Source of the DNA: Monocercomonoides exilis PA203
Taxonomy: Eukaryota; Protista; Preaxostyla
DNA length: 64,000 nucleotides
NCBI GenBank assembly: GCA_001643675.2
Contig: LSRY02000036.1
Location: 124,001 to 188,000, forward strand
Reading direction: 5' to 3'
Shown: positions 49,601 through 60,604 of the stretch, in pieces
Position numbering within the stretch: the stretch's first letter is position 1
Layout: every line of letters starts with the position of its first letter
Program-made: the position numbers and the translations under genes
Notes under the pieces: generated by a model
Database searches by the model: none
What the model was told of the DNA's origin: nothing
Seen by the model: only the letters and a program-made list of their open reading frames with translations

Positions 49601-50763
49601 AGCTCCTTTTCGTACTCTTCCTCGTCTTCCCCACTCCCCCTGCGTGTTCCGCGTGCTCTTGCCTTTATCTTCTCTCTCATCCTCGCCCTCAGCCTGTCCT
49701 TCTCCATCTCGCTCACCCTCACTCCGTAGCCCAGCAGAATCCGCGTGATCGCGTCGCGACGCTCCAGCACCTCTTCCTCCTCGCTTTCTTCTTTGCTCAC
49801 GTCTTCTTCGGCTGGCAATGACTTCTCGGTGCTTTCCTCAGCCTGCTCCATTCTTTCTTCATTGTGCTTTTTCTGCCTTGCAATCATCTTGTCAACCATT
49901 TCTCTCATCTGGGCTTTCCACCCGTCTTCCATCATCCTCCGCAATTCGCCGTCATTCAGATCCACAACTTTTCCCACCTCTCCAAGTCTCATTTCTTCGC
50001 TGTCTTCAATCATCGTTTTTTCATCTTCCATTTCATTTTCACTCATGTGATAGCACGAATCGAATGCTGCTGCTCTTTCCACACCTTCTTTATGATGAAA
50101 CGAATAACGTCCACATATGACTATGAACCTATCCAAGTGATAGATTTCTTCCAGCTTTGATAGGATAGCATCTGATGGTAATGATTTTAAAAGTGGATGA
50201 ACATTAAAAGCACAAAATGGAGGTGTCAAATTTCTATATGGATCCATTGGTAATGATTTTGCTAATTCATAAAGATAATGCTCAGTAAGCTTTTGGCAAA
50301 CTTGATAAAATCTTTTTTTAATCGAAAGAATTGACAATGCAGGCTCAAAGCGATCAGCAATCACTGGAAATATTAAATTAAATTTTGAGCACATCTCCAT
50401 CAATGATTCTGTCATTGACTTTGTCCAACCAGCTTCAGAAAGAAATTGTTCATATTCTTGTTGAGTTAAATGAGGAACTTCAAATGAATTCAATGGGATA
50501 AGTTCTTCAGAATCAAAAGAATTTTCCTTTTTTGAAGACCACAAAAATAATTGTGCATTATCAGTTCGTCCCAATGGAATGCGTGCAGTTTGTTCCCAAT
50601 GTGTATGCTCAATATTAGAAAATAATTTTTGTTTTTGTTTGATTGTGGCTTGTGGTTCTTGCTGCGGAATTTCTCCTCCAAGCTGAAGAACTTCCCTTGA
50701 TATTCCATCTGGCAATCTTCCTCTCTTTTTCTTCGAATCAGATTTAACCTTTGGAAATAACAT
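46649..50763 (-). CDS. SWC4: SWR1/NuA4 subunit SWC4/EAF2/DMAP1-like protein; exons 50763-46971, 46770-46649
   Basis: N-terminal PDGISREVLQL, GRTDNAQLFLW, and SANT domain LTQQEYEQFL..GWTKSMTESLMEMCSKFNLIFPVIADRF...IKKRFYQV. The spliced C-terminus EQLGLPDTYPVSLSVSLGYTTLIQRL resembles the DMAP1 C-terminal helix. Confidence 0.8.
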
Positions 50764-50837
50764 TTTTGTTCAAATGTTTAAAAAAATGGTTTTTCCCCAT
50801 ATCAAATTTTTTCTCATCATCCTTATTATCTTTGTTT

Positions 50838-52816
50838 ATGAAAAACTTGCAAAAAAAGACTTATTTTTTGGGTTTTGCAGCTTCAATGGCCATTTGTGCC
50901 GTTGCAGCAATTTCAATTGCTTTATACATTTCCGTGTGCTTTGAGAAATGTTTTTTATTATTAATTCAATTCACATTCAATTTGTTTCTTCAGTTGCCAA
51001 AACATTTGAGTAATTCAGGAAAAATTATTCGATCATATAAAATCACCAAGCAAGAATCAAATGGCCTTGAATTTTCACCTCAAGATCCAATTTATCCGTT
51101 TGTAACACCAAAAAAATTGGATCCAATTGTTCCCACGAAATCAAAAGTAATGATGGATGCATATGTTGACATTCCTGGAAAAGAGGCAGAAGGAAGATGG
51201 CCAAAATTGGATAATGAGACTCTTTGCCGCGAAAGGAGAGAAGCTGTAAAGCAAACATTTTTGGATGCTTGGTACGCATATAGGAAATATGCATGGGGTG
51301 CAGACGAAATTCGCCCGCTCACAAAAAGTAGAAATAATTGGCTTGGAGGGCAGGCAACAACAATCATTGATTCAATCTCCACAATTTTCGTGATGGGGCT
51401 AAAAGATGAATTGGAACAGGCTAAGGAGTTTGTCAAGGGCTACAGCGTATACCGCGGGTCATCAGTTTCTCTTTTTGAAACAGCAATTCGTATTTTGGCT
51501 GGACTTATTTCTTCATATGATTTGACAGGAGAGACTTTATTTTTGAGAAAAGCAGAAGAAATTGGGGATGTTTTAATTTCAAATTTCGAATACAATAAGG
51601 CCTCAAGCATCCCTTCGAATAACATTCATTTGACTAAGCCAAGCAAAGAGATGCCTTTCAATGTTCGTCGCGAAGCCATCCAGAGCGAGCTGGAGCACCG
51701 TGTTAAGGTAGATCTTGATCATCCAGACTTCTTCACTCCAGGCTGGCAAGACTACAATCTGTCTTTCATGTCTCAGAACAGCGATGAAGCACAGATAGAG
51801 GAAGAGCTTAGCAAGCCTTCTCCAGATAGCCAGACATATTCCATTTTTAATGCATCGAACAGTTCACTCAACATGAGTAACAGTGGTGTCAATGAAACGA
51901 ATGGAGCAAATGTGTCTAATTATGGAGCTTATCTTGCTGAGTTTGGTTTGTATCTTGAGTTTGTTGCGCTTTCTGATCGTACCGGAGATCCGCATTATGC
52001 CTATCACTCTCTGCGTGCTATGCAGGCGACACTGCATGCGAAGAGGCCAAATAAAGGTGTTGTGGGGCAGTCAATGAACTTGGACGGCAAGTCGTTTGCG
52101 TCCACCACATTCTCCATTGGTGCAATGGCAGATTCGTTCTACGAGTACATCATCAAGGAGAGCCTGTATTCGATGCCGTATGCTATCAAGATGAAAGGCG
52201 ACGAAGCGCAGGCGAAGGAAGATCTGAAGAAGTTTGGCTCAGAAGAAAAAGAGCTGGGAGAGCACTGGGTGGATGTGATGAATGCCTTTATGCGGAATGC
52301 TAGATCAGGGCCGTCTGGACACAGATACATCGCAGACAACGGATTCGGCAGGTCGTGGCAGCATCTTTCGTGCTTCTCTGGGGGAAACTACGCGCTTGGC
52401 GCGTATTACCTGAACAACTGGAAGAAGCCTGTGAAGCGCAGTTTAGATGGGCTGAACGGAGAGGATCTCTCGAACCAAGAACGAGAAAACAATCTGGCAG
52501 ATTTCCTTGATCTCGGTGCAGATTTAGCAGAAACGTGCTTTTTGATGTACAACCAGTCGAAGTCGGGTCTTTCTGGAGAAGATGTGGATATGAGCCAGAC
52601 GCTTTTTGGCAACAGCGGAGACTCGAAGTACATAATGCGCCCAGAAGTGGTGGAATCTCTGTTTTATTTGTATCGAATCACTGGAGATCCGAAGTGGCAG
52701 GAAAAAGCTTGGAGCATTTATCAAGTTTGTTGATAAAGTTATTTTTTTTTTGAAAGTTTTGAAGTTTATATGATGACTTTTGTTGCAAACACTTATTTAT
52801 TTATTTATTAATATAT

Positions 52817-52903
<87 letters not shown>

Positions 52904-53253
52904 TTCTTCTATTTATTTTTACATCAATTGATTTATTGCGCTTTCCATTTTTGTGAAATTAGAGCATTGAGAAAGTCTCCAAGTTACCGCACCATGTTGA
53001 CGACAAGGGTGTCTCATGCCCGTCTGGCTACACCAGCATATCGAATGTGCATTCAGATAATCCCAGTCACCTGGATGACATGCCATCTTTCTTCATGAGC
53101 GAGACGCTGAAGTATTTATACCTCATTTTCACTGATCCTTCTGAGGTTGTTCCTCTGGACCAGTGGGTGTTTACTACAGAGGCGCACCCAATTGCCAGAA
53201 GAAAGTTTCTGAAGAGAGTTGTTGTCCCTGCGGATGATCCAAAGCTCGCATAA
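50838..53253 (+). CDS. Class I alpha-1,2-mannosidase (glycoside hydrolase family 47), type II membrane protein; exons 50838-50933, 50994-52724, 52963-53253
   Basis: [87 protein letters not shown]; N-terminal signal anchor. Confidence 0.95.
52793..52905. repeat. (TTTA)n microsatellite in the mannosidase intron
   Basis: Directly visible within intron 52725-52962. Confidence 0.93.
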
Positions 53254-54098
53254 GTGAAAATGGAACATGGATGAAAAAAGTGCAGTTATTATGAATTTTT
53301 TTTTCTTGTTGCAATTGTTGAGGTATAATATTTTTATTTGAATTGAATAAGAATTATTAGTTTTTCAAAGAGACAGTAGTTTTTTTTTATTAATGTGCAA
53401 ATATTGAGCTTATTTTAAAGCTTGTATAGCTGTTTGATTGTTCACATTAAAGATTGCTAACAGTGCGATTTGTGAACTCGAACTCTTTCTTTTGTTTTCA
53501 ATTTTTTTCTTCTAATTTAAAAAATGTTTCAAATGTTTATGGCTTTAAAAAAATCCAGTGAAAAAGAATTTGATTTGAGTGTTTCCGAAAGAGATATTTA
53601 ATAACAACGTTGATGCGTTAAATAATTATTTTGCTTCATTGAAAAAAAATATTAATAAGTGTTCTAATTTTTATTTGATACAGTTTTTGTAAAAGAATGA
53701 ATATCTTATAAGAAAAAAGGAATTTGGATAATAAACGTATCAATATTTTAAACAAAAAAATTGTAAATTTTTCAATTTATTCAGAAATTAAATGGTTTAA
53801 ATTTATAATTTTCGATAATAGTAAGATAAGAACAGAACACAAAAAACGTTATTTTTATTTCTTTTTGTCTTCGCTTCATCTTTATAATTGAAACTTGTTC
53901 ATAAGATAACTCTTTTACAATTTTTATTCATATTTACGTTTGGAAACAAGAATTCATTTTTTGAAAATAAATCAGACATTTTTCTTCAAGATTTGCTGAG
54001 AAATGGCGGTTACCATGTCTTGCTTCTCAAACTTGTCAGACATTTTTGCACTCAAAATATGAATCTTTCCAGAAATAAGAAATTTATGCGGTTCACCA

Positions 54099-57000
54099 TC
54101 ACATTTCAACATCCCTTTGAAAGTTTAAGTTTGATTCTTCTTCTGAAAGCTTTTGATGTTTATTAGATTTCTTCTTCTTCTTCTTCTTCTTCTTTTGTAT
54201 TCTCTCTTTTTTTCCGCTTGGTGCACAAAGGCTTTCTAATTCTTCATCACTTATTATTGATTTTTCTTCGATTTGTTCTTTTTCTGCTTTTTCAATTAAT
54301 TCCTTGGACGCATCTTTTCCTGAAGAAAAAGCTATTGAATTTTCAGCAGTATTGCAATCAAATTCAGTTTGTTCATAATCCTTATCATTGAATTTTACAG
54401 GTAAATCTTCCATTGCTTTTATTTCATCTCCATAAATTGAATACGAAGTGATTGCAGTTGAAGAAGAAGCTGGAACACTCTCTGGAGACTTGTTTCTCAA
54501 TAACGCTTCAATTTCATTCACATCCACTATTTCCTGCAAAGATTCTGATGTTTCTGGAATTTTGGCATCTTCTTTTGCCTCTGTCTCATTCTTTTTCGTT
54601 GTTTCCTGATTTTCCAGTTCTTTTCTTCGCTTCTGTTTTTCTTTCTTCCATTTCTTCTTTCCTTTTTGTTGAAATGAACTTTCATCGATGTCAAATGCTT
54701 GAATGTTTGATTTATCATCCTTCTGTAACTCTGACTGATGCGAAATAGAATGTGTCTCTTCCAAGTCATCCAACAAATCTGATGAGCTATCATTTTTCGG
54801 AAGTGTTTTTTCATTTTGCAGCGAAGAATTGATATCTTTTATTGTTTCTTCCTTGTCAAACTGATTGAAATGAAAGCTAGCTTCAGTTGAATCCAAATGT
54901 TCGAAGGGAAAGTTATCCATAACATTTGCATTAACCACATTTTCGATTGAAGAATCAATTTCATCAGGAAGATGTACTTCTGTTGAAGAATTTGATGATT
55001 CTTCAGTTGAGTTTCTTTTGTGTTGAATACAAACAGGATTTTGAGCTAATGCATTATTCGGTTCAATCACTTTGAACATATCCCCATCAAATTCAAGTTC
55101 CGATCGAGTAACTTTGTCTGATTTTTTAAATTTTTCTGAATTTTCTTTTTGACAAGTTAACATATCACCATTCTGATAATTCGCGGCATCCTGATTTTCA
55201 GCATTTGAAGAGTTTCCAATCTGAGAATAAAGCTGCTGGTAATTTCCTGTTGATAATGTTTCACTTGTATTTACAGCATTTCCATACTCATCTTTTGAAT
55301 ATTCGCTTGCATTTTTCATCATGTTTCCTTCCTCGGCAGAGTCATCTATTTTTGAGATTGATAACTTTTTTAAGCGCTTTTTCTTCACAACTATAATCAC
55401 AGTTATGATTGAAGCAATGATCAAAACACCTAAAATAACTAATATTATCCACCAATGAAAGGTTTTTGATGGCAGTTCATTAAAGCCATCGTGTTGCTTT
55501 ATAATATCAAGCAATAGAATAGGCTCTGTCTTAATAACGTAATCTTTAGTTGAATGTCTCTCAGATAATGCATATTCATTCAATTTCAGTACGGCTCGTA
55601 TCCAAATCTGAGTTTTTGTCATGTCAAAAACAGATTGAAATTGAGAAATTGAAGCATTAACTGAGAATTCATTTTGATTCGTAAATGTGCACTTTGTAAA
55701 TAACAACGAAACTGCTTGCTTTTCGGAGATTGAATCGGTCGTATCCAAAGAAAAGACTTCGTATGAAACGAGGCAAGGAAGAAGATTTTCCCCAATAAAT
55801 CGGATTAATATTTCATCTTCATTCTCACCTCTCACTGATGAAGATATGTGAGGCCTGCAAAAGAGATATATTTTTTGTGTAAATTCTGTTGGAAATTCTT
55901 CTTCAGATCTGCTATCTTCTTCAAGATCCCAATCAATCAATCCCTTTATTTTGCATCCATTACTTTGAATCCAAAGTTGCAAGAATTCTCCTACAGGAAG
56001 CTTATCAGGATTTCTCAAGCCAGATTCGTCAAAATACGAATCAATTTCTAATTCTCCATTTTCGCACAATACATTCCTGCGAACAGTGGAATATCCCAAT
56101 AAGTTTAATGAATTTCCAATAAATGAGACATTTGAAAGCCTAATTTTTCCTTCGATCACACTTAAAGCTCCTATTGATGAATTTATTAGCTTCACATTCA
56201 TAAATGATGAAGAACAGTCAGTTAAAGCAATAAGAGATCCCTCAAATCTGCAACTAAAATGCTCCTCTTTTTGTTCCTCTTTGTTATACATGAAATTAAC
56301 AGGATTTCTGAGACAAAAGAAAGTGCAATTTGAAACTGTCACAACGCTTTTTGTAACATTTAGCAGATATCCATAACTGGTGCACAAATTATCAACGCAT
56401 ATATCCGAATCTTTTATCTCTAAATTAGCAGAATTGATCTGTATTAAAGAACCAATACCACTCCACGTGATATTATCTAAAGTTAGCCTTGAAACGGACA
56501 ATCTACCCATTTCAGACGAAGACCGAGGCTGAAAAAATAATGGCTGCGAAACATTCATATTCTTGATCGTAACCTCATTCATTGACAATTGATAGAATGC
56601 CATTACAAACAATGATGATGATACAGCAAACTCTTTTCCGATGCTTGATGAAATTTCAACCTCGTCCAAAGCAATTGAACCTCTTCCTCCAGAAACCACA
56701 AACATGCTTGGAGAATCGTTTCGTGATGAATCATAATCAATCGTTATAAATGAAACTTTTAGATTGCCGCTTGACGCGCTGAACAACGCACTTGAATTTG
56801 ACATGAAAAGTGATCCAAATCCAATCACAGTCAAATTTTTTCCTTTTCCGATAATCGAAACATTTTTCGCATCCACGTTAATCGTCTTTATTTCATCTTT
56901 ATGTTTTCCTTCCAATACCTTTATAACGAAGTTCATAACATCATAATTTTTATCAACTGTGCATCCAATAGTTCTGCATGGATCAGCTTCAGAAAATCCG

Positions 57001-58658
57001 CACCATTCGTTTGAATCACTTCCATTTAAAGCCACATATTTTTCCAAAATTCTAAAAGGCAGCCAATTGTTGTATATAGCACTATCCACACTTTCATTGA
57101 ACCACACTCTTTTGTCAGATGTTGTTGAATAACATTCCAAAAAGGGAGAGGATATCAGAAAGTCATCACCCAGAAAAATTGCATCATTACCTCTATCTCC
57201 CTCATCTATGTTCTTGTGAAATAAACTGAAAGTTATGAATTTGGTGTCAGTCATCCAGGAATAGATTTTTGAAAAAGTCAACGCTGCTCCACCAAAACTA
57301 TTTTCACCTTTGATCGTATTTCCAATTAAAAAACAGTCAGAAACGCTCAAAATTGCCGTTTGAGAAGGCCAGTAAAAAGAAATGGCTCCCATTGAATTTG
57401 TACCTTCGTTGTTTGAAACATAAGATTTCTCAAATAAAAACTGTCCTGTAATGTGGTGATCCAATACAAATGTTGCAAATGTTCCAACCAAAGCATTAAT
57501 CGAGCAATTGCTACAAAAGCAGCCAGATAAAATAAAAGTGCCAGATGACGCAGATTCATAAAACATTCCTCCAGCTGCATTATCGGCCAAGCATTGAGAG
57601 ATATTTGTGTTACTAATGTTTGTCACCGTTAAATCCTGAAGATATAAAGCACCACCATTCGAGGATGTGGAACAATTAAAAAATGAACAGAATGAAATGG
57701 TTATGTTGCTTTCTTCTATGTAACAAAATAAAGCACCTCCCTCGGACGTGGATTTTTGAAGATCTTTCCATTCGCACCATTGAAAAGAATGATTTCCGCT
57801 TGGAAGTTCGACTTTTTCAATCATTTGTTTTGGAATTTCCTTCGTTCCGTTTTCCTCAATGTTTGCTTTTTCTGATCGAAAGCAAATACGAAAGGATGAG
57901 TTTTGAAAATGCAGTGAAGAAGATGGTGCACGGATCGATTTCACAATACCTCCATCTATCGCATCCCCAACAGATACGAAAAGACATCCATCAACATAAG
58001 TTTTGGATGGATGAACGTTCAATTCAGCAAAGTTGTCACGCTTGTTAACTGTAACATTTGAAAAAATTGAAGTGCCAATGGTCACATGTATCGTTCTTGC
58101 TGATGAAAGAAACGGGCCTGTTAACAACGTGAAGCACGTAAATTTTGAGCACTCAACATAAATTGAACCTTCGTGAAAAACTTCCAGATCCGGTGAATGG
58201 TCAGCCACCATTGGATGTAATGAACGCGAAATATGAGGAGGATTTATGGAAATATTGAACATGCCAATCTTTCCTCCATTATTACAAATTGGTGAAAAAG
58301 AATTCTCTCCAAAAAAAGAAATTGTACAAAAACGAAAACTCAAATTACCCTCGGATAGCACTGTAAATGGAACGTGTCCTTTATTGATGGCGACACAAAT
58401 ATCCTTCAATTCAATCGATGAATTATGTAAAAGATTTACTAAATCCAAAACGCTTCCAGAATGTCTATACTTATTTTTCTGGAATTCTTCATTTGCTGCT
58501 ATTTTCATTTCTCTCATTGAAAATATGTTTCTATCAGTTTCTGATAAATTATAAAAACTTATTTTTTGTTTTTCGATATTCAAAAAAGTTGCTTCATCTA
58601 GAATAACAAGATTTAAACAAATCATCGCCAAAGTTAATTTAAATGTAATGCATTTCAT
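54099..58658 (-). CDS. Type I transmembrane surface protein with a right-handed beta-helix / Pmp-like (GGA(L/I), FxxC/N) ectodomain and an acidic disordered tail
   Basis: Hydrophobic N-terminus; EGGALF, NGGALY, AAGGMF, MGAISF, FGGAAL repeats; YVALNGSDSNEWCG..DPCRTI motif; TM WWIILVILGVLIIASIITVIIVV followed by KKKR. Confidence 0.8.
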   Translation of the reverse strand: MKCITFKLTLAMICLNLVILDEATFLNIEKQKISFYNLSETDRNIFSMREMKIAANEEFQKNKYRHSGSVLDLVNLLHNSSIELKDICVAINKGHVPFTVLSEGNLSFRFCTISFFGENSFSPICNNGGKIGMFNISINPPHISRSLHPMVADHSPDLEVFHEGSIYVECSKFTCFTLLTGPFLSSARTIHVTIGTSIFSNVTVNKRDNFAELNVHPSKTYVDGCLFVSVGDAIDGGIVKSIRAPSSSLHFQNSSFRICFRSEKANIEENGTKEIPKQMIEKVELPSGNHSFQWCEWKDLQKSTSEGGALFCYIEESNITISFCSFFNCSTSSNGGALYLQDLTVTNISNTNISQCLADNAAGGMFYESASSGTFILSGCFCSNCSINALVGTFATFVLDHHITGQFLFEKSYVSNNEGTNSMGAISFYWPSQTAILSVSDCFLIGNTIKGENSFGGAALTFSKIYSWMTDTKFITFSLFHKNIDEGDRGNDAIFLGDDFLISSPFLECYSTTSDKRVWFNESVDSAIYNNWLPFRILEKYVALNGSDSNEWCGFSEADPCRTIGCTVDKNYDVMNFVIKVLEGKHKDEIKTINVDAKNVSIIGKGKNLTVIGFGSLFMSNSSALFSASSGNLKVSFITIDYDSSRNDSPSMFVVSGGRGSIALDEVEISSSIGKEFAVSSSLFVMAFYQLSMNEVTIKNMNVSQPLFFQPRSSSEMGRLSVSRLTLDNITWSGIGSLIQINSANLEIKDSDICVDNLCTSYGYLLNVTKSVVTVSNCTFFCLRNPVNFMYNKEEQKEEHFSCRFEGSLIALTDCSSSFMNVKLINSSIGALSVIEGKIRLSNVSFIGNSLNLLGYSTVRRNVLCENGELEIDSYFDESGLRNPDKLPVGEFLQLWIQSNGCKIKGLIDWDLEEDSRSEEEFPTEFTQKIYLFCRPHISSSVRGENEDEILIRFIGENLLPCLVSYEVFSLDTTDSISEKQAVSLLFTKCTFTNQNEFSVNASISQFQSVFDMTKTQIWIRAVLKLNEYALSERHSTKDYVIKTEPILLLDIIKQHDGFNELPSKTFHWWIILVILGVLIIASIITVIIVVKKKRLKKLSISKIDDSAEEGNMMKNASEYSKDEYGNAVNTSETLSTGNYQQLYSQIGNSSNAENQDAANYQNGDMLTCQKENSEKFKKSDKVTRSELEFDGDMFKVIEPNNALAQNPVCIQHKRNSTEESSNSSTEVHLPDEIDSSIENVVNANVMDNFPFEHLDSTEASFHFNQFDKEETIKDINSSLQNEKTLPKNDSSSDLLDDLEETHSISHQSELQKDDKSNIQAFDIDESSFQQKGKKKWKKEKQKRRKELENQETTKKNETEAKEDAKIPETSESLQEIVDVNEIEALLRNKSPESVPASSSTAITSYSIYGDEIKAMEDLPVKFNDKDYEQTEFDCNTAENSIAFSSGKDASKELIEKAEKEQIEEKSIISDEELESLCAPSGKKERIQKKKKKKKKKSNKHQKLSEEESNLNFQRDVEM

Positions 58659-59089
58659 TTTATCCAGAAAATATGTGTATAAAATGAAAATTCTCGAATA
58701 AACATAAATTGATCATTTATAACATAATATGGGAAAATGTTTTTCGAAAAAAAGTTTATGAAAGAGGAATCAAAAATCTCATTGCCAATTTATATTGTCT
58801 ATTCAATGAACCAATTTTTTCCCCAAAAGTATCATATGATGACTGTTGTTTTTTTCGATTTTAATTAAATGCCTCAATTCTGAATGAGAATTAAAAATAA
58901 AAATTTACAATTTTGAATGAAGAAATCACTCAACTCCAATTCCATCTTTTTGAAAAAGCATTTTTAAAACGTTCAGCATCATTTAACCAAAACGCAAACA
59001 ATCAGACTATTTTTTTATTTCTTCGTGAAGTGATGAAAAAAAAGAAAAAATTTATACCCTTATCACAAAACTAAATACATAGCATTTTC

Positions 59090-60604
59090 TCAAACATCAA
59101 CAAAATAATCTGACATATTCAACGATAATTCACCACAATAATAAAATTTTACTTTTAGAAAGTCCAATTGATTGCGAATGCTTATGATGAAATCTTCGAA
59201 TCCTTCTTCTTCCATCTTTTCGAGCACTTTCCTTTTCAGCTCTTTTCTTTTCGCTTCTTCCATTTTATCTTTGCTCATTTCGTCCTTTTCTTCATCCTTC
59301 TCTTCGTCTCTCTCTTCATCCTCCCCAACAAACTCCTCTTCCTCCTCTTCTTCTTCCATTTCATCATCCTCCTTTCCTTTCAATTGATATGAAACATTCA
59401 TTAAAAAATTCAAGCATTCAAATATCTTTCTATCATCAATTTCTGTTTGATGAATGGACTTCACAACAGTATCAGCAGCTCCATTTTCAATCAAATATTC
59501 AACTTTCACAGCTTTATGACTTGCCATGCGTACAAATACACGAATACAGTGATCGCTGATATTCATGTAATTATCTTTTGCTGCTCGATAAGCATGAACA
59601 ATGCTTCTTATAAGACCAACAATTTCTGTATCCCACAATTCAAATTCTTCAAAGAATAACTCCAATATTTGAATCCATCTCATTAAAATATGCTCTTCTT
59701 TCATCTCTTTTCCTTTATTCCTCTCTTCTTTTCTCTTCCAATTCGCACGTCTCGTCAGCTCTTCCAGTTCTCTTGTTGCTTCTCCAACAAAATCCAGCTC
59801 GTTCACAATTGTTCTATTCAATGCTGCTTTAAAAAATAATCTGTATATCAAAAACTGCCAAGCCGAATGATAAGCAAGTCGTGTGAGATTGCCATGCTCC
59901 TGATGGCATTGTATAATCTCTTTGATTTCGCTGATGAAGCATTCTTGCTCCTCTTTCTTGTCAAAAAGTCAGGGAAAATATCAATAGTGTCAAAAAGAAA
60001 AAAAACCATTCAAACTTTCCAATATCCAAATCTACTCAATGCAAGCAAAGCCATTTCCACTTCTTTCTGAATTTCTTCGGTCTCGTCTTTGTTCAAAGCA
60101 ACTTTTAGAAGGCAAGGCACAATAATTGAAAGAAATTCAGATGAGAAATCGTCACGAAGAAAAAGAAAACATTCGCAAAGATCAACAAAAAGCTTTTCAT
60201 CTTTTTTTCTTTCTTCTCATTTTCGTTAATCATAATCTTTTCAAAGCTATTGTTCAACGAAGATTTGCCAAAGCCATAAGCCCACATAAGTTTCAACACT
60301 CTGCAACATCCAACATGCTTCAACAAACAAATTGCATTTTCCAATGACAATTTCTTTTCTGCAATCATTTTGTCTATTTTATTGAACAGTTCTTCAGTGA
60401 TAACAGATTTGAATTCTTCTTTGCTCACGCCTTCTATCAATGCACTCATTTCTTCAATTTTCTGTTTTTGTCCTTCCTCATTGCAAAGTTCAATCTCAGA
60501 AAACAATTCTTCAATAAAAAAGGAAAGAATTGCAATAAACATGAATTCAAATGCAACAATGAATGCATACTAGTGAACTTTTTTGTGTCATCCGTCTCCT
60601 TCAT
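59090..60604 (-). pseudogene. EKMEEEGYED family copy 3, with a 1-nt frameshift in an A homopolymer near 60202-60208 (pseudogene or sequencing error)
   Basis: The ORF drifts at EKKEKK; the shifted frame resumes DEKLFVDLCECF..IVPCLLKVALNKDETEEIQKEVEMALLAL. Last exon ends EKMEEEGFED..NMSDYFVDV. Confidence 0.72.

Noticed and set aside
60195-60215. Programmed frameshift in family copy 3
   Set aside because: Paralogues are in frame here and the shift lies in an A homopolymer, so mutation or sequencing error is more likely
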